64,000 nt of DNA from Patescibacteria group bacterium (GTDB lineage Bacteria > Patescibacteriota > Microgenomatia > Levybacterales > UBA12049): the NCBI GenBank assembly GCA_038064195.1, contig JBBTTO010000003.1:114428-178427 (forward strand), read 5' to 3'. Under the pieces are notes generated by a model. It was not told the DNA's origin, ran no database searches, and saw only the letters and a list, made by a program, of their open reading frames with translations. The position numbers and the translations under genes were made by a program. This document shows positions 1-10,627 of this stretch, one piece after another. Position 1 is the first letter of the stretch, and the number at the start of each line of letters is the position of its first letter.

Positions 1-473
1 TAGATCTTCGTTTGGGCAATGCCTTCAGAATTTTTGAACATAGTAAAAACCCCTTTATCGATCCGACGCGTAAAGATTTTACCAACGATATTACCCGTGA
101 GATCAAAATTAAAAAAGGTGAGCGCTTTATGATGCAGCCGGGGGATTTCGTCCTGGCCGTAACCTTGGAAAAAGTGACCATCAGTCCCGATCTCTTAGGT
201 AGACTTGAGGGGAGGTCATCACTTGGTAGACTCGGGATTGTCGTTCATTCGACTGCTTCTATTTTTGATCCCGGCTGGGATGGTAACCCCGTGCTGGAAC
301 TGGGCAATCTCGGCCGTATAGCAGTCGCGTTGTATCCCGGGATGCGTATCTGTGCCATGACTTTTGAAGAACTCTCAAGTCCGGCGGAAGTGCCTTATGT
401 CAAGAAAAAAGTTGCCAAATATACTTTTCAGGCAGGACCTGAGGCGAGTCGCTTCCACTTGGATAATAAGTAG
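1..473 (+). CDS. dcd: dCTP deaminase (5' truncated by window edge)
   Basis: LEGRSSLGRLG, DPGWDG, LELGN and PGMRIC motifs; reading frame is open to the window start. Confidence 0.9.
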   Translation, partial: DLRLGNAFRIFEHSKNPFIDPTRKDFTNDITREIKIKKGERFMMQPGDFVLAVTLEKVTISPDLLGRLEGRSSLGRLGIVVHSTASIFDPGWDGNPVLELGNLGRIAVALYPGMRICAMTFEELSSPAEVPYVKKKVAKYTFQAGPEASRFHLDNK

Positions 474-553
474 TTTTAATTTATTATTTTCAACAAAGGT
501 GGACTGTTGAAGTATGTCTAATAGTGAATTTAATAAAAGCTATAAATTGATTT

Positions 554-1231
554 ATGATTTATCACGTAGAGTTTGATCTCGATTTTAAAAGAAATCTTTA
601 CGACGGATGTTTTATCGCGCTTGAAGGAATTGATGGTAGCGGAAAATCAACACAGGCACAGAAATTAAAAGAAATTCTTGAGAAAAAAGGAAGAAAAGTC
701 GTTGTCCGGAATCCTTTTGAAGGAGAGATAGGCGTATTTGTTAGAACAATTTTGGCAGGTGAAAGAAGAGTTTCACCCATTGCTTTACAATATATAATCT
801 CAGCCAATCGAGCAGCACAACAGGAGGGGATCATAAAAGATCTCAAAGACGGATTTGATGTAATTATCGACCGTTATTTCTGGTCAGCAGTCGCGTACGC
901 AATTCTTGATCATCCTACCGCTGATAAAGAAGATATGAAGCAATGGCTCTTGGTCAGTCAAAGCATTTTATCTCATTATCATCAATTTTTACTGCCTGAT
1001 ATCACGTTTTTCTTAGATATCTCCTCAAGAACTGCATCAGTACGTCTTGACTTGATGGAGAAGGAAAAAGAGATTTATGAGGAGGAATCCAAAATAAAAA
1101 AGATTGAAAAGATTTATGAATGGTTGGTTGGGGAATTTCCAGCAGAATTTGTAACAGTCAATGGTGAGCAGCCAATTGAAAAAGTAACAGATGAATTGCT
1201 CAGGCATATCGAAATGTGTAAAAATACATAA
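554..1231 (+). CDS. tmk: thymidylate kinase
   Basis: FIALEGIDGSGKST P-loop, IIDRY motif. Confidence 0.93.
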   Translation: MIYHVEFDLDFKRNLYDGCFIALEGIDGSGKSTQAQKLKEILEKKGRKVVVRNPFEGEIGVFVRTILAGERRVSPIALQYIISANRAAQQEGIIKDLKDGFDVIIDRYFWSAVAYAILDHPTADKEDMKQWLLVSQSILSHYHQFLLPDITFFLDISSRTASVRLDLMEKEKEIYEEESKIKKIEKIYEWLVGEFPAEFVTVNGEQPIEKVTDELLRHIEMCKNT

Positions 1232-1232
1232 T

Positions 1233-1772
1233 ATGATTTTAGGACCGAAATTATTACTTCAGTTAGTCAAAAAGAAAAAACTTGTTGAAAATCTTTCCGA
1301 GCGGGAATTAACCAATCCCGAAGGGGCTGGTTTTGACTTACGACTTGGTGAAGTCTTCAAAATTTCAGGTAACGCTTTTCTTGGTGAGACTCACAGACAG
1401 ACACCAGGTATCGAATCTGTTATGGTCTATGATCCTAAAAAGCCTAAGAGTATCAAGATAAAACCGGGTGATTTTTTCTTAGTCAAAACAATTGAAAAAA
1501 TAAATCTTCCTCTTGATCTGTCCGCAGTGATTTTACCCAGAACGACTACGTTCAGGTCAGGGCTTTTTATTCGCACGGGTCCCATCCAGCCGGGGTACTC
1601 AGGGGAATTGACCTTTGGTCTAAAAAATGAAGGTCCGATAACAGTTGAGATCGAAATGGGAGCACGATTTACGCATGTTGTCTTTAGTGAGATAAAAGGT
1701 GAGGGAAGTAAGTATCGCGGACAGTGGCAGGGTGGCCGCGTCAGCTCAAGTAAAAAAGAAAAACAAGTCTAG
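1233..1772 (+). CDS. second dCTP deaminase / trimeric dUTPase family protein
   Basis: GFDLRLG, PRTT..RSGL, IQPGYSG, YRGQWQ; ATG lies 1 nt after the tmk stop. Confidence 0.8.
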   Translation: MILGPKLLLQLVKKKKLVENLSERELTNPEGAGFDLRLGEVFKISGNAFLGETHRQTPGIESVMVYDPKKPKSIKIKPGDFFLVKTIEKINLPLDLSAVILPRTTTFRSGLFIRTGPIQPGYSGELTFGLKNEGPITVEIEMGARFTHVVFSEIKGEGSKYRGQWQGGRVSSSKKEKQV

Positions 1773-2347
1773 CTAACTCTCCATTTCTTCTTCAACTTCT
1801 CAAAATGCGGGCGGGAGATTTCTTGAGACTTCGGTAACATTTTTTCAAAACGATCGAATTTGCGTTGGAGTCTGTCAAAATTATTTGTCTCATCAGCCCA
1901 TTTCTTGGCAGCAGTATGCAGTTTTTCATTTACATAAAAATCAATATAGTCGGCATCTTTGACGATAGATTTTTCCAGAGAGTTATTTTCATGTGAAAAA
2001 ATTTCTTCAATTTGCTTTATCTGTTTTTGGGTTAACCCCAGTTTGGGGAGTAAGTCTTTGGTCACTTCACGTCCCATTTCCTCGTGTTTTTCCAGGAGCG
2101 TTTGTTCGTCAGCCTTAACTACTTTGCCGATGTCATGAAAAAGAGCAGATAATGCCACGACGAGCGGATCCACTTCGACAGGATACCCATCAGCGATCTC
2201 AAGCGCATATTTCATGACCTGAATACTATGATCGGCCATGATATGCCAGTCGCCAAAGCTATAATGAGGGTTTTCCCTAAAGGATTTATTTACAAATTCG
2301 ACGGATTGCTGTACTGCCGGATGATTAAGCACTGGGTGATCGTGCAT
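1769..2347 (-). CDS. HD-domain phosphohydrolase
   Basis: H..LFHDIGK..H..H..DAD motif. Confidence 0.8.
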   Translation of the reverse strand: MHDHPVLNHPAVQQSVEFVNKSFRENPHYSFGDWHIMADHSIQVMKYALEIADGYPVEVDPLVVALSALFHDIGKVVKADEQTLLEKHEEMGREVTKDLLPKLGLTQKQIKQIEEIFSHENNSLEKSIVKDADYIDFYVNEKLHTAAKKWADETNNFDRLQRKFDRFEKMLPKSQEISRPHFEKLKKKWRVS

Positions 2348-2417
2348 TAGCCTGATTATATCACCAAAAAAAAGTCAGGGCTTGTAAAATCAAGCAAATT
2401 CTTCTATAAACTGATCC

Positions 2418-3017
2418 ATGCCGCGTCGTACTAAAAAAATATCCCGTGATATAGAATTTCTCTATGAAATAGGGTCACTTCGCCATCTCCAAAGGTCCTG
2501 GCGACAGTTCACGCGAGTCGATGTCGCCAATAATTCAGAGCATATCTTCAGAGTGATCTGGATCGCACTTATTATTGCAAGGCGTGAGGGAGTCAAAAAT
2601 GAGGAAAAAATTATCAAGCTCGCCCTTGTCCATGATGTCGGCGAGACACGCGTTCCGGATACCAACTATCTGACGAAAATATACAGTTCACGCGATGAAG
2701 CAATGGCCATGAGCCACATTCTCAAAAATACGTCCCTTGAAAATGATTTCCATGATTTATATAAAGAATACGCAGCTAGATCGACAATTGAGGCAAAAAT
2801 CGTCAAAGACGCAGATAACTTAGATGTCGATTTTGAACTGGCAGAGATGAAAGCTCAGGGTCATACACTCAAAAAATATTGGCCGAGAACACGGGTGAGG
2901 GATAAATTATTTACCAAGACCGCCAAAAAGATATGGGAGGAGCTGCAGTCAGCTAATCCCCATGAATGGCATATTTTTGCCCATGAAGATTATGCAGCAG
3001 AGATGGATAAAAAGTGA
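2418..3017 (+). CDS. HD-domain 5'-deoxynucleotidase-like protein (YfbR/HDDC2 family)
   Basis: NSEHIFRV, ALVHDVGE, VKDADNLD. Confidence 0.8.
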   Translation: MPRRTKKISRDIEFLYEIGSLRHLQRSWRQFTRVDVANNSEHIFRVIWIALIIARREGVKNEEKIIKLALVHDVGETRVPDTNYLTKIYSSRDEAMAMSHILKNTSLENDFHDLYKEYAARSTIEAKIVKDADNLDVDFELAEMKAQGHTLKKYWPRTRVRDKLFTKTAKKIWEELQSANPHEWHIFAHEDYAAEMDKK

Positions 3018-3066
3018 TACAAAAATATATCTTGTAAAAATCAGCATAAAAGGGTAATGTAGTCAT

Positions 3067-3363
3067 ATGTTAACGAAAAATGATTTACAAGCAATTCAAG
3101 GAATTGTTGAAACCACGATTGATCGTAGGTTGGGTTCAGTTAACACTCAACTTGGTAAGATTAGTACGGATGTTGATCGTAGGTTGGGTTCAGTTAATGA
3201 TCAATTAGGTAAAATTAATAAAGATATAAAGTCACTGCATAGAGATACTAGGAAAATAAAAAAAGACACAGAGGCGATTATCGATCATTTTGATAAACGA
3301 GATATGCGTTTGCAAAAAAGAGTAACGAGGATAGAAGAGCATCTTGTTTTGACACCTCAGTAA
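3067..3363 (+). CDS. small coiled-coil hypothetical protein with an internal 18-aa repeat
   Basis: DRRLGSVN occurs twice (25-bp exact DNA repeat, 54-bp period); RVTRIEEHL C-terminus. Confidence 0.7.
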   Translation: MLTKNDLQAIQGIVETTIDRRLGSVNTQLGKISTDVDRRLGSVNDQLGKINKDIKSLHRDTRKIKKDTEAIIDHFDKRDMRLQKRVTRIEEHLVLTPQ

Positions 3364-3430
3364 AAATCAGCCAATACTGATACAGTTTGTCGTCTTGAAA
3401 ATATCCTGTAAAAGCAGTACAAAGTAACAG

Positions 3431-4435
3431 ATGAAAGCCGTGAAAAAGCATCCCGAATATCAGTATCTCGATCTTCTCCAAGAAATTCTTGATGATGGTA
3501 TCAGGAAAGTAGATAGAGGGACTGATGTGGTTCTGTATAGCTTATTCGGAAGACAAACACGGTATGATCTCTCTGCGGGTTTCCCTTTACTTACGACAAA
3601 GAAAGTCTATTGGAAAGGAGTCCTCCACGAGCTCTACTGGTTCATGTCGGGGAATTCTAACATCAAGTATTTGGTGGATAATAATGTCCATATTTGGGAT
3701 GATTATCCATTCAAAATTTATAATTGGAAAAGAGAAAAAGCCAAGCTTCCGGAATTGACGAAAGATGAGTTCATCGAAAAAATTCATGTTAATGATAAGT
3801 TTGCCAAAAAATGGGGAGAGTTACCCAAAATTTACGGTGAATCATGGCGACGCTGGCCGACCCGCATCCCAGGAAGGACGATAGATCAGCTTTCGTGGGC
3901 GATCCAGGAATTGAAAGATGATCCCGATGCCAAAAATCTGATTATTAATTCATGGAATCCGGAATACCTCTATACTATGGCGACGTATGAAGATGCATCA
4001 CGTTTCCCTATATGCCATAACATGTATCAATTTAGTAATCGAAACGGGAAATTATCGCTTCAACTATATCAGAGGAGTGCGGATATGTTCTTAGGTGTAC
4101 CATTTAATATCGCGAGTTATGCATTGCTTACGATTATTTTAGCTAAGATCAGTGGTTTGGAACCCGGTGAATTTGTACATACTTTTGGTGATGTCCATAT
4201 TTATGAGAATCACATTGAACAGGTTAAAGAGCAGTTGAAGCGCAAGCCCAAAACCCTGCCGACAATCAAACTTGATGACTCAGTTGTTTCACTTGATACA
4301 TTTACTCCTGATAAAGTTATCCTTGAGAATTACGATCCTCATCCATCTCTCAAAGGAGAGCTGACCGTTGCCGGCGGCTTCTTTGAAAAAAAGTCCAACA
4401 AAGCTGCATCTTCTCCTAAGAAGAAAAAGAAATAA
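3431..4435 (+). CDS. thyA: thymidylate synthase
   Basis: DRGT, GFPLLTTKKV, ELYWF, PICH, YQRSADMFLGVPFNIASY, GDVHIYENH. Confidence 0.97.
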   Translation: MKAVKKHPEYQYLDLLQEILDDGIRKVDRGTDVVLYSLFGRQTRYDLSAGFPLLTTKKVYWKGVLHELYWFMSGNSNIKYLVDNNVHIWDDYPFKIYNWKREKAKLPELTKDEFIEKIHVNDKFAKKWGELPKIYGESWRRWPTRIPGRTIDQLSWAIQELKDDPDAKNLIINSWNPEYLYTMATYEDASRFPICHNMYQFSNRNGKLSLQLYQRSADMFLGVPFNIASYALLTIILAKISGLEPGEFVHTFGDVHIYENHIEQVKEQLKRKPKTLPTIKLDDSVVSLDTFTPDKVILENYDPHPSLKGELTVAGGFFEKKSNKAASSPKKKKK

Positions 4436-4450
4436 GGTATAATTTCCAGT

Positions 4451-4915
4451 ATGAATAAAGAAGGTGAGGTGGTCCCGACAATTGGCGTAGTTACTTTTCG
4501 GGCTGAACAAGTCCTCCTCGTACGCCACGGAACAAAAGCCGGTCATATTCAAGATACAGTTGGTATTCCTTCAGGGAGAATTGAACTTGATGACAACCGG
4601 CAGCCAAAAGAGAGTCCGAAGGAGGCTTCAGCTAGAGAACTTCGAGAAGAGACTGGTTATGAAGTGGATGAAGTAAATCTTGCGGAGTTTGAAGGAAATC
4701 ACTTCTTGGCAGATATTCCTCGTAGTGATGGAAGTATTGTAAAGATGTCGTGGAATGTTTTTCTAGCATCTCAAATAACTGGAGAGATGAAGGAAGGGGA
4801 TGACGAGACGTCGCCTCTCTGGTATCCAGTGAATGATATCAATGATCTTAACTTGCTACCCAATGTCGCAAGTGTAATTATAAATGCTCAAAAATTTATC
4901 AATAGTCAGCGATGA
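4451..4915 (+). CDS. NUDIX hydrolase
   Basis: PSGRIE...ESPKEASARELREETG Nudix box. Confidence 0.9.
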   Translation: MNKEGEVVPTIGVVTFRAEQVLLVRHGTKAGHIQDTVGIPSGRIELDDNRQPKESPKEASARELREETGYEVDEVNLAEFEGNHFLADIPRSDGSIVKMSWNVFLASQITGEMKEGDDETSPLWYPVNDINDLNLLPNVASVIINAQKFINSQR

Positions 4916-5289
4916 AGATATACATAAGTCATAATCGTAAGCAGTTTAATTATAAAAAAGAATTATACGAACCGCTCAAAAATTCTCAGTTAAGTAAAGA
5001 TCATATTTTTATTTTCCCCCACGACAATAATCCGCAGTCGTTTAATGCCAAGGATTTATTTCAGAACAAAGGTTGTGATTTGGTCATCGCGGAAGTCTCC
5101 TATCCTGCAACAGGTCAGGGAATAGAGCTTGCATGGGCAAATATGTATCAGATACCCATAGTTTGTATTTACAAACAGGGGAGTGATATCTCAGGCTCTT
5201 TGTCATTTATTACCAGCAAGTTTCTTATGTATACCGATACTCAAAATATGATTGAAGATATTGCGGGATTTTTGCGACAATATGAATAA
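4912..5289 (+). CDS. nucleoside 2-deoxyribosyltransferase / DNPH1(Rcl)-like N-glycosidase
   Basis: MKIYISH, CDLVIAEVSYPATGQGIELAWA motif. Confidence 0.7.
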   Translation: MKIYISHNRKQFNYKKELYEPLKNSQLSKDHIFIFPHDNNPQSFNAKDLFQNKGCDLVIAEVSYPATGQGIELAWANMYQIPIVCIYKQGSDISGSLSFITSKFLMYTDTQNMIEDIAGFLRQYE

Positions 5290-5347
5290 ACTTTTCAGGG
5301 GAGTCACCCCGCATTAGTTTGTATGGCGGGGAAACACCCCTTTGTAT

Positions 5348-5881
5348 ATGAATAAACCACGAATAAGTATTATCGTCGCGATGGCTGAGAACCGGGTCAT
5401 CGGGAATAAAGGTGATATCCCCTGGCATATCCCGGGTGAGCAGAAGCGGGCTAAAGACATCACCATGCCGCATCCTCTTATCATGGGGCGTAAGACGCAT
5501 GAATCAATAGGGAGAATTCTGCCAGGGAGACTAAATATCATCGTTACAACCGACACTAATTATAAAGTTGAAGGGGGAGTTGTTGTCCATTCACTTGAAG
5601 ATGCAATAGAGACAGCAACAAAAGTAGAAGAGGAACGAGTCCATAACAATTTAACAATTGAACAATTTAACAATGACGACCCTGAGATTTTCATTTTCGG
5701 TGGAGCCAATCTTTATCAACAGGCATTACCGATGGTCGATAGACTCTATCTTACTATTGTTCACAAAGATGCAGAGGGGGATGCTGTCTTTCCTGATTAT
5801 TCAGAGTTTACGAAAGAGATTGAAAGAGAAGAAAAGGAATTTGAAGGTCTCAAATATACGTATCTGACGCTGGAGAGATAG
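5348..5881 (+). CDS. folA: dihydrofolate reductase
   Basis: IVAMAENRVIG..IPWH, IMGRKTHESI, LPGRLNI, IFGGA, GDAVFP. Confidence 0.96.
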   Translation: MNKPRISIIVAMAENRVIGNKGDIPWHIPGEQKRAKDITMPHPLIMGRKTHESIGRILPGRLNIIVTTDTNYKVEGGVVVHSLEDAIETATKVEEERVHNNLTIEQFNNDDPEIFIFGGANLYQQALPMVDRLYLTIVHKDAEGDAVFPDYSEFTKEIEREEKEFEGLKYTYLTLER

Positions 5882-5887
5882 TCTTGA

Positions 5888-5921
5888 CCTCACCCCGACC
5901 CTCTCCTTCGAGGAGAGGGAG
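5888..5921. repeat. REP-like palindrome (CCTCACCCC..CCCTCTCC..GGAGAGGG type)
   Basis: ccctctcc/ggagaggg stem between folA and glyA. Confidence 0.6.
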
Positions 5922-6000
5922 ATCAAGGAAGAGTCATTGTATTGATACATTTTGTTCTCTTGTCAGTCCAAACGCATACTTGTATACTGATCGGAATTAG

Positions 6001-7323
6001 ATGAAGAATCTCAAACAATCAGATCCGCAAATTTACGGCTTTATAAAAGAAGAAGAAAAGCGCCAAAAAGGCGTCTTGGAGATGATCGCCTCAGAAAATT
6101 ATGCTTCGAGCAGTATTCGCGAAGCATTGGGTAGCGTTCTTACTAACAAGTACTCAGAAGGATTCCCCGGTAAGCGCTATTATCAGGGCAATTCAGTGAT
6201 CGATAAGATAGAGTCCCTCGCCCAGGAAAGGGCGCAAAAATTATTTGGCGTTCCGTATGTCAATGTTCAGCCTCTTTCAGGTGCTCCTGCCAATTCCGCA
6301 GTCTATTTGGCAGTTCTGCAGAATGGTGAAAAATTAATGGGTCTTTCACTCACTTCGGGCGGCCATATTACCCATGGACACAAATTAGGTCTCTCAGGAA
6401 GGCTTTTTACTTTTGCTCACTACACGCTCGGTCAGGATGGGACGCTTAACTATGATGAGATTGAAAAGCAGGTGCTTTCCGAAAAGCCACAACTTCTCAT
6501 CTGCGGATTTACCGCCTATGCACGTAAAATTGATTTTAAGCGTTTCGGACAGATTGCCGATAAAGCAAATTGCTACCTGATGGCTGATGTCTCACATATT
6601 ACAGGGCTTATCGTTGCAGGAGTGCACCAGTCACCTGTGCCGTATGTGCATATCGTCACGACGACAACCCATAAGACATTGCGTGGACCCAGGGGTGCCA
6701 TGATCATGGTAACTGCCAAAGGCCTTAAGAAAAATCCTGATTTACCTAAAAATATCGAAACAGCGATCATCCCAGGACTTCAAGGCGGGCCGCACGATAA
6801 CCAGACTGCGGGGATTGCCGTCGCGCTTAAAGAAGCCGGAACTGCCAAATTTAAAAAATACGGGGAGCAGATTATCCTCAACGCAAGAGCATTGGCCGAA
6901 GGTTTGAAAAGTTATGGTTTTGATCTGGTCAGTGGTGGAACTGACAATCATCTGATCCTTATTGATTTGCGCAATAAAAAAGTCAATGGGCGAGTGGCTG
7001 CCATTGCTTTGGAAAAGGCTAATATTGTCCTCAATTACAACGGCGTACCGGGGGACCCGATGCCGCCGCTTTATTCAAGTGGAATCAGGCTTGGGACACC
7101 GGCGATCACGACGCGAGGGCTTAAGGAACGCGATATGAAAAAAGTTGCCAAGTGGTATAGCGATGTCATTGAAGAAGTCAAAGGCATGGAGTTGCCTGTT
7201 GATGATAGAGTCAAACGTGGAGAACTGATGAAAAAGTATCGCGCGGAGATTGAGAAGAATAAAAAGCTCGTCTCAATCGGGCGGGAAGTTGCCGCATTCG
7301 CTAACAAACTCCCACTACCCTGA
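6001..7323 (+). CDS. glyA: serine hydroxymethyltransferase
   Basis: LEMIASEN, NKYSEG, TTTTHKTLRGPRG, GGTDNHL, SGIRLGTPA. Confidence 0.98.
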   Translation: MKNLKQSDPQIYGFIKEEEKRQKGVLEMIASENYASSSIREALGSVLTNKYSEGFPGKRYYQGNSVIDKIESLAQERAQKLFGVPYVNVQPLSGAPANSAVYLAVLQNGEKLMGLSLTSGGHITHGHKLGLSGRLFTFAHYTLGQDGTLNYDEIEKQVLSEKPQLLICGFTAYARKIDFKRFGQIADKANCYLMADVSHITGLIVAGVHQSPVPYVHIVTTTTHKTLRGPRGAMIMVTAKGLKKNPDLPKNIETAIIPGLQGGPHDNQTAGIAVALKEAGTAKFKKYGEQIILNARALAEGLKSYGFDLVSGGTDNHLILIDLRNKKVNGRVAAIALEKANIVLNYNGVPGDPMPPLYSSGIRLGTPAITTRGLKERDMKKVAKWYSDVIEEVKGMELPVDDRVKRGELMKKYRAEIEKNKKLVSIGREVAAFANKLPLP

Positions 7324-7352
7324 TTTAGAATTCATAATTCAGAGTTCAGAAT

Positions 7353-7742
7353 TTAATTCAAAGTTCGAGAATTATTTTTTGTGTTAAGAATAATTGTTGA
7401 AAGTAGTTTTTTAATTTGATCACATTCATCCGAAGCTCTCTCTATTTCTTGCTGCATATTCTTATTGATTTCTTTTAAGAGAGCGAGCCAATAAAGAGTT
7501 TCTGAAGCAGACTTCAAAGCGATATTGAAGAAGTTTAGGAATTCTTTTTTTGAGGTACTGTTCCCACCTTCTACGACATTTGCGCCAATTGATGTCCCTG
7601 AACGGATAAGCTGGTCAAGTAGTGGCCAATTTGTTCTATTACTTCTAAGATTTTCCGACAAGGCAAGTATAACTAGAGAAAAAGAAAAGCAACGTTTTTT
7701 AAATTCTTGTTTGAACGTATTTTGCTTATTTGGCTCTCCCAT
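7353..7742 (-). CDS. four-helix-bundle (23S IVS-like/IVP) protein
   Basis: DQLIRSGTSIGANVVEG, IALKSASETLYWL; flanked by AGAATTC-type heptamer runs. Confidence 0.9.
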   Translation of the reverse strand: MGEPNKQNTFKQEFKKRCFSFSLVILALSENLRSNRTNWPLLDQLIRSGTSIGANVVEGGNSTSKKEFLNFFNIALKSASETLYWLALLKEINKNMQQEIERASDECDQIKKLLSTIILNTKNNSRTLN

Positions 7743-7774
7743 TCTGAATTCTAAAATCTGAATTATGAATTAGT

Positions 7775-10627
7775 CTACGGCGCAACCTCCTGCCAGATGA
7801 AGTTGGGGACACGCAGGAATTCAGGCGCGTTGAGGATCATATCCGGTCGTTCACGAATCGTGAATGACGGGAAGTTGATATTGTCAGTACACAGGTCACG
7901 TGAGTTGATAAAGTTACCACCACTTCCTCCTGCGTTGACAACTATAGCCCCTTGAACATTGAGTTGTTTGTCAGGGATCGGACTCGGACTTGCCGAGCAG
8001 TCAGCTGTAGCAGGATTGGTACTTGAGCCACTCGGTACACTGAAATTTTGGTCAGCGCTGAAAAAGCCTTCTAAATTACCACTGCCTATGACAGGTCCCG
8101 GACAGGCAGCAGTCCTACCCAGGCTCGGGTCAACTGTTATTGACCCTGAGACCGAGTAAAAGACAGTTGAAGTCGTCGGGACACTTAACGTGCCTTTCAA
8201 GGTCAGATCGCCATTGACGAGTATGATGATATCCCGATTAGCGCTTGCTGTAAAGTTGTTAAGAGTAACTGAGCTATTAGCTTGATAGATACCATTTGAC
8301 AAGCCTCCGGGAAGAGTACAGTTATTGAGGTTGCTACATACTGTCGTGAGATTAGTGGGCGTGATATTGGACTGCTTCATAATTGACTGCAAGTAGCCGT
8401 AGGATGTCTGGATGAGCGTACCGTTACTCGGAACAAATGTCTCAGGATAGGCAGCTCCACCGACCAGCCAGCCATTTGAGGAGACGTTTCCCTGCCAGAA
8501 GTTCGCGGGCGCGGCGCCTGTGAAGGCGACACCGGGTGTTGAAGATGACCCGGGAAGCATGGCATAAGCACCTGTACAGGAGGCATCAGGGCTTGGAGGT
8601 ACAGGATTACTGATTCCTGTGTCAAAGCGGACATCCAGACCATACGCCTGCCACCAGGGAAGTCCTCTTTTTATCGCGAAATTGAGATTTTCCAGATTAT
8701 TGTTATTGCAATTTCCTCCGGGTGAGGGAGTAGCTTCTGCACAGCTTGAGCCGACTGGCGCTATAAATGAGGCGGGCGGTCCGTTACGCGGGTGATTCAT
8801 GATGTAGCCTGTTGGCAGGCTCGGGTAACGGACTGTGTATTGACCTGAGATAAGTCCAGTCAGCGTATAGCTGCCATCTGGGTTATTGGTAATAAGCGGG
8901 TTAGGCGCGCCTCCAGGATAGTTAGACATCAGAATACCGGGACTAGCTGCGAAGTTCGTCTCTGATCCGTTTTTCCTCTGACTGTCATCGCTGTCCACAA
9001 AGACATTACCCGAGATTTGGTATTTGCCGAAGAACTTCAGATCCCGTTGATGCGCGTCACCGGCAGTAATCGTTAGCGGCCGGGGATAGGTGGGGAGAGA
9101 GACATAGTCAGTCCCGGGATCGGCGGTGAGGAGGAAGTCTCCCGGTTCGATAGCTGTGATGAGGAAGTCGCCGTTGGCATCAGATCTGTCAGAGCGGGAT
9201 TGCTGGGTGCCTTGGGGAACCGCGTGGACGACGACGCTTGCAAGCGGCATATCTTTAGCGCTGTTAAAGTCCCCGCTACTCATTGAGCTGCTGCTTTTGT
9301 CAGCGTCAACATAGATTTTCCCAGCGATAGTATAGACGCGGTTGATCCCGATGTCAGCTGTCCAGCCGTTTTGGGTTGAGTTAAGAGGTATCGTGATAGT
9401 ACGGGTATTATCATTGTTAGGATAGGCTTTGTAGTCTACAGGTACTGTCAGCGTGACAGTATAATTTCCGCGCTTTTTATTAGGGAAGGAGTATCGTCCG
9501 GTCGCGTCAGTTGTCGTCGTGCCGCCTTCACCTGCTGGCCCTGTCAGGGTGACTGTTGCTCCCGAGTAGCCTGTGGTTTCAGTAGGATCTTTCGTGCCGT
9601 CTCGATTGTCATCGATGAAGATATAGCCTGAGAGGTCGTAAGTCGGGATAGCCGCGAAGCGGATACGGGTATTAGGGCCGAGGGTTGTCGTACGGGGATT
9701 GGTATTGACGGTACGCCAGGAGTTACTCGAGAAAGTAAGTGCATAGTCACCGCCCGCGCGGTAATCGAAGTCATAGTCTCCGTTGGAGTTGGTCGTATGT
9801 GAGCCGATTGATACTCCGTTACGCGTCGCGGATATTCTTACTCCGGCGACCATCGGTTCACCCGTGTCGCACTGAGCGTCTTCATTTTGACTCCAGCAGA
9901 CAGAGCCGTAGAGATGAGCATAGACATCATAGGTAGTAGAGCCGACATTATTCGCGTCGCTGTGTTCGGCGAGATTGTTGCCATAATCAGCGTAAACCCT
10001 CAGAGTATACGTGTCTGCTTCGTTTTGCGTAAAGGTTTGGTTATTAAAAGTCGTATAGTTACTGCCCCCAGTCCATGACATATAGTCTATAGATGTAATA
10101 GGGAAGTTAGCTCCTGAACTAAATTGCATCGTAGGCGTGCCGTTATTGTAGGCTGTTGAGTCTTTAAATACCGCATGCCCGGCCCAGCAGCAAGTCCATT
10201 CATCCCCAATGTTATTAATTGTTGCTCTGATAGCAATATCTTGACCTGTTATAAAATATCCGGCACTCGGATTTGCTCCGGTCGACGTTCTCGCATCGAC
10301 CTGTGTGACCGTGAAGTCTGGATAGGTAGGTACGGGAGTTGGAGTTGGCAGAGGCCCCCCACCCCCACCAGGGCAAGCAGCGGGTTGACAACAATAACCA
10401 ACAATATCCCCGGGGGTTGCCTGGCACGTAATAGTATAACTTGGTTGATTTGGACAAAATGGCAAACGTGTACACAAGGCGTTGTCCATACATCCTGCTT
10501 GACCATCACATGCAGGCACTATTGCAGCTTGAGTTTGATAGAAACTAAATAAAGAGAAAAGTCCGATAATAGAGCCCACAAAAATAAGCCCGTTAAATAA
10601 GAAAAATCTTGATAAGTAGTGTTTCAT
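7775..10627 (-). CDS. large secreted/surface protein with CARDB-like and SdrD-B/Cna-like repeats
   Basis: N-terminal TM/signal, Cys-rich segment, PTPTP linker, repeated SG.v..D.....GE..TTTDATGRYSF units. Confidence 0.8.
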   Translation of the reverse strand: MKHYLSRFFLFNGLIFVGSIIGLFSLFSFYQTQAAIVPACDGQAGCMDNALCTRLPFCPNQPSYTITCQATPGDIVGYCCQPAACPGGGGGPLPTPTPVPTYPDFTVTQVDARTSTGANPSAGYFITGQDIAIRATINNIGDEWTCCWAGHAVFKDSTAYNNGTPTMQFSSGANFPITSIDYMSWTGGSNYTTFNNQTFTQNEADTYTLRVYADYGNNLAEHSDANNVGSTTYDVYAHLYGSVCWSQNEDAQCDTGEPMVAGVRISATRNGVSIGSHTTNSNGDYDFDYRAGGDYALTFSSNSWRTVNTNPRTTTLGPNTRIRFAAIPTYDLSGYIFIDDNRDGTKDPTETTGYSGATVTLTGPAGEGGTTTTDATGRYSFPNKKRGNYTVTLTVPVDYKAYPNNDNTRTITIPLNSTQNGWTADIGINRVYTIAGKIYVDADKSSSSMSSGDFNSAKDMPLASVVVHAVPQGTQQSRSDRSDANGDFLITAIEPGDFLLTADPGTDYVSLPTYPRPLTITAGDAHQRDLKFFGKYQISGNVFVDSDDSQRKNGSETNFAASPGILMSNYPGGAPNPLITNNPDGSYTLTGLISGQYTVRYPSLPTGYIMNHPRNGPPASFIAPVGSSCAEATPSPGGNCNNNNLENLNFAIKRGLPWWQAYGLDVRFDTGISNPVPPSPDASCTGAYAMLPGSSSTPGVAFTGAAPANFWQGNVSSNGWLVGGAAYPETFVPSNGTLIQTSYGYLQSIMKQSNITPTNLTTVCSNLNNCTLPGGLSNGIYQANSSVTLNNFTASANRDIIILVNGDLTLKGTLSVPTTSTVFYSVSGSITVDPSLGRTAACPGPVIGSGNLEGFFSADQNFSVPSGSSTNPATADCSASPSPIPDKQLNVQGAIVVNAGGSGGNFINSRDLCTDNINFPSFTIRERPDMILNAPEFLRVPNFIWQEVAP

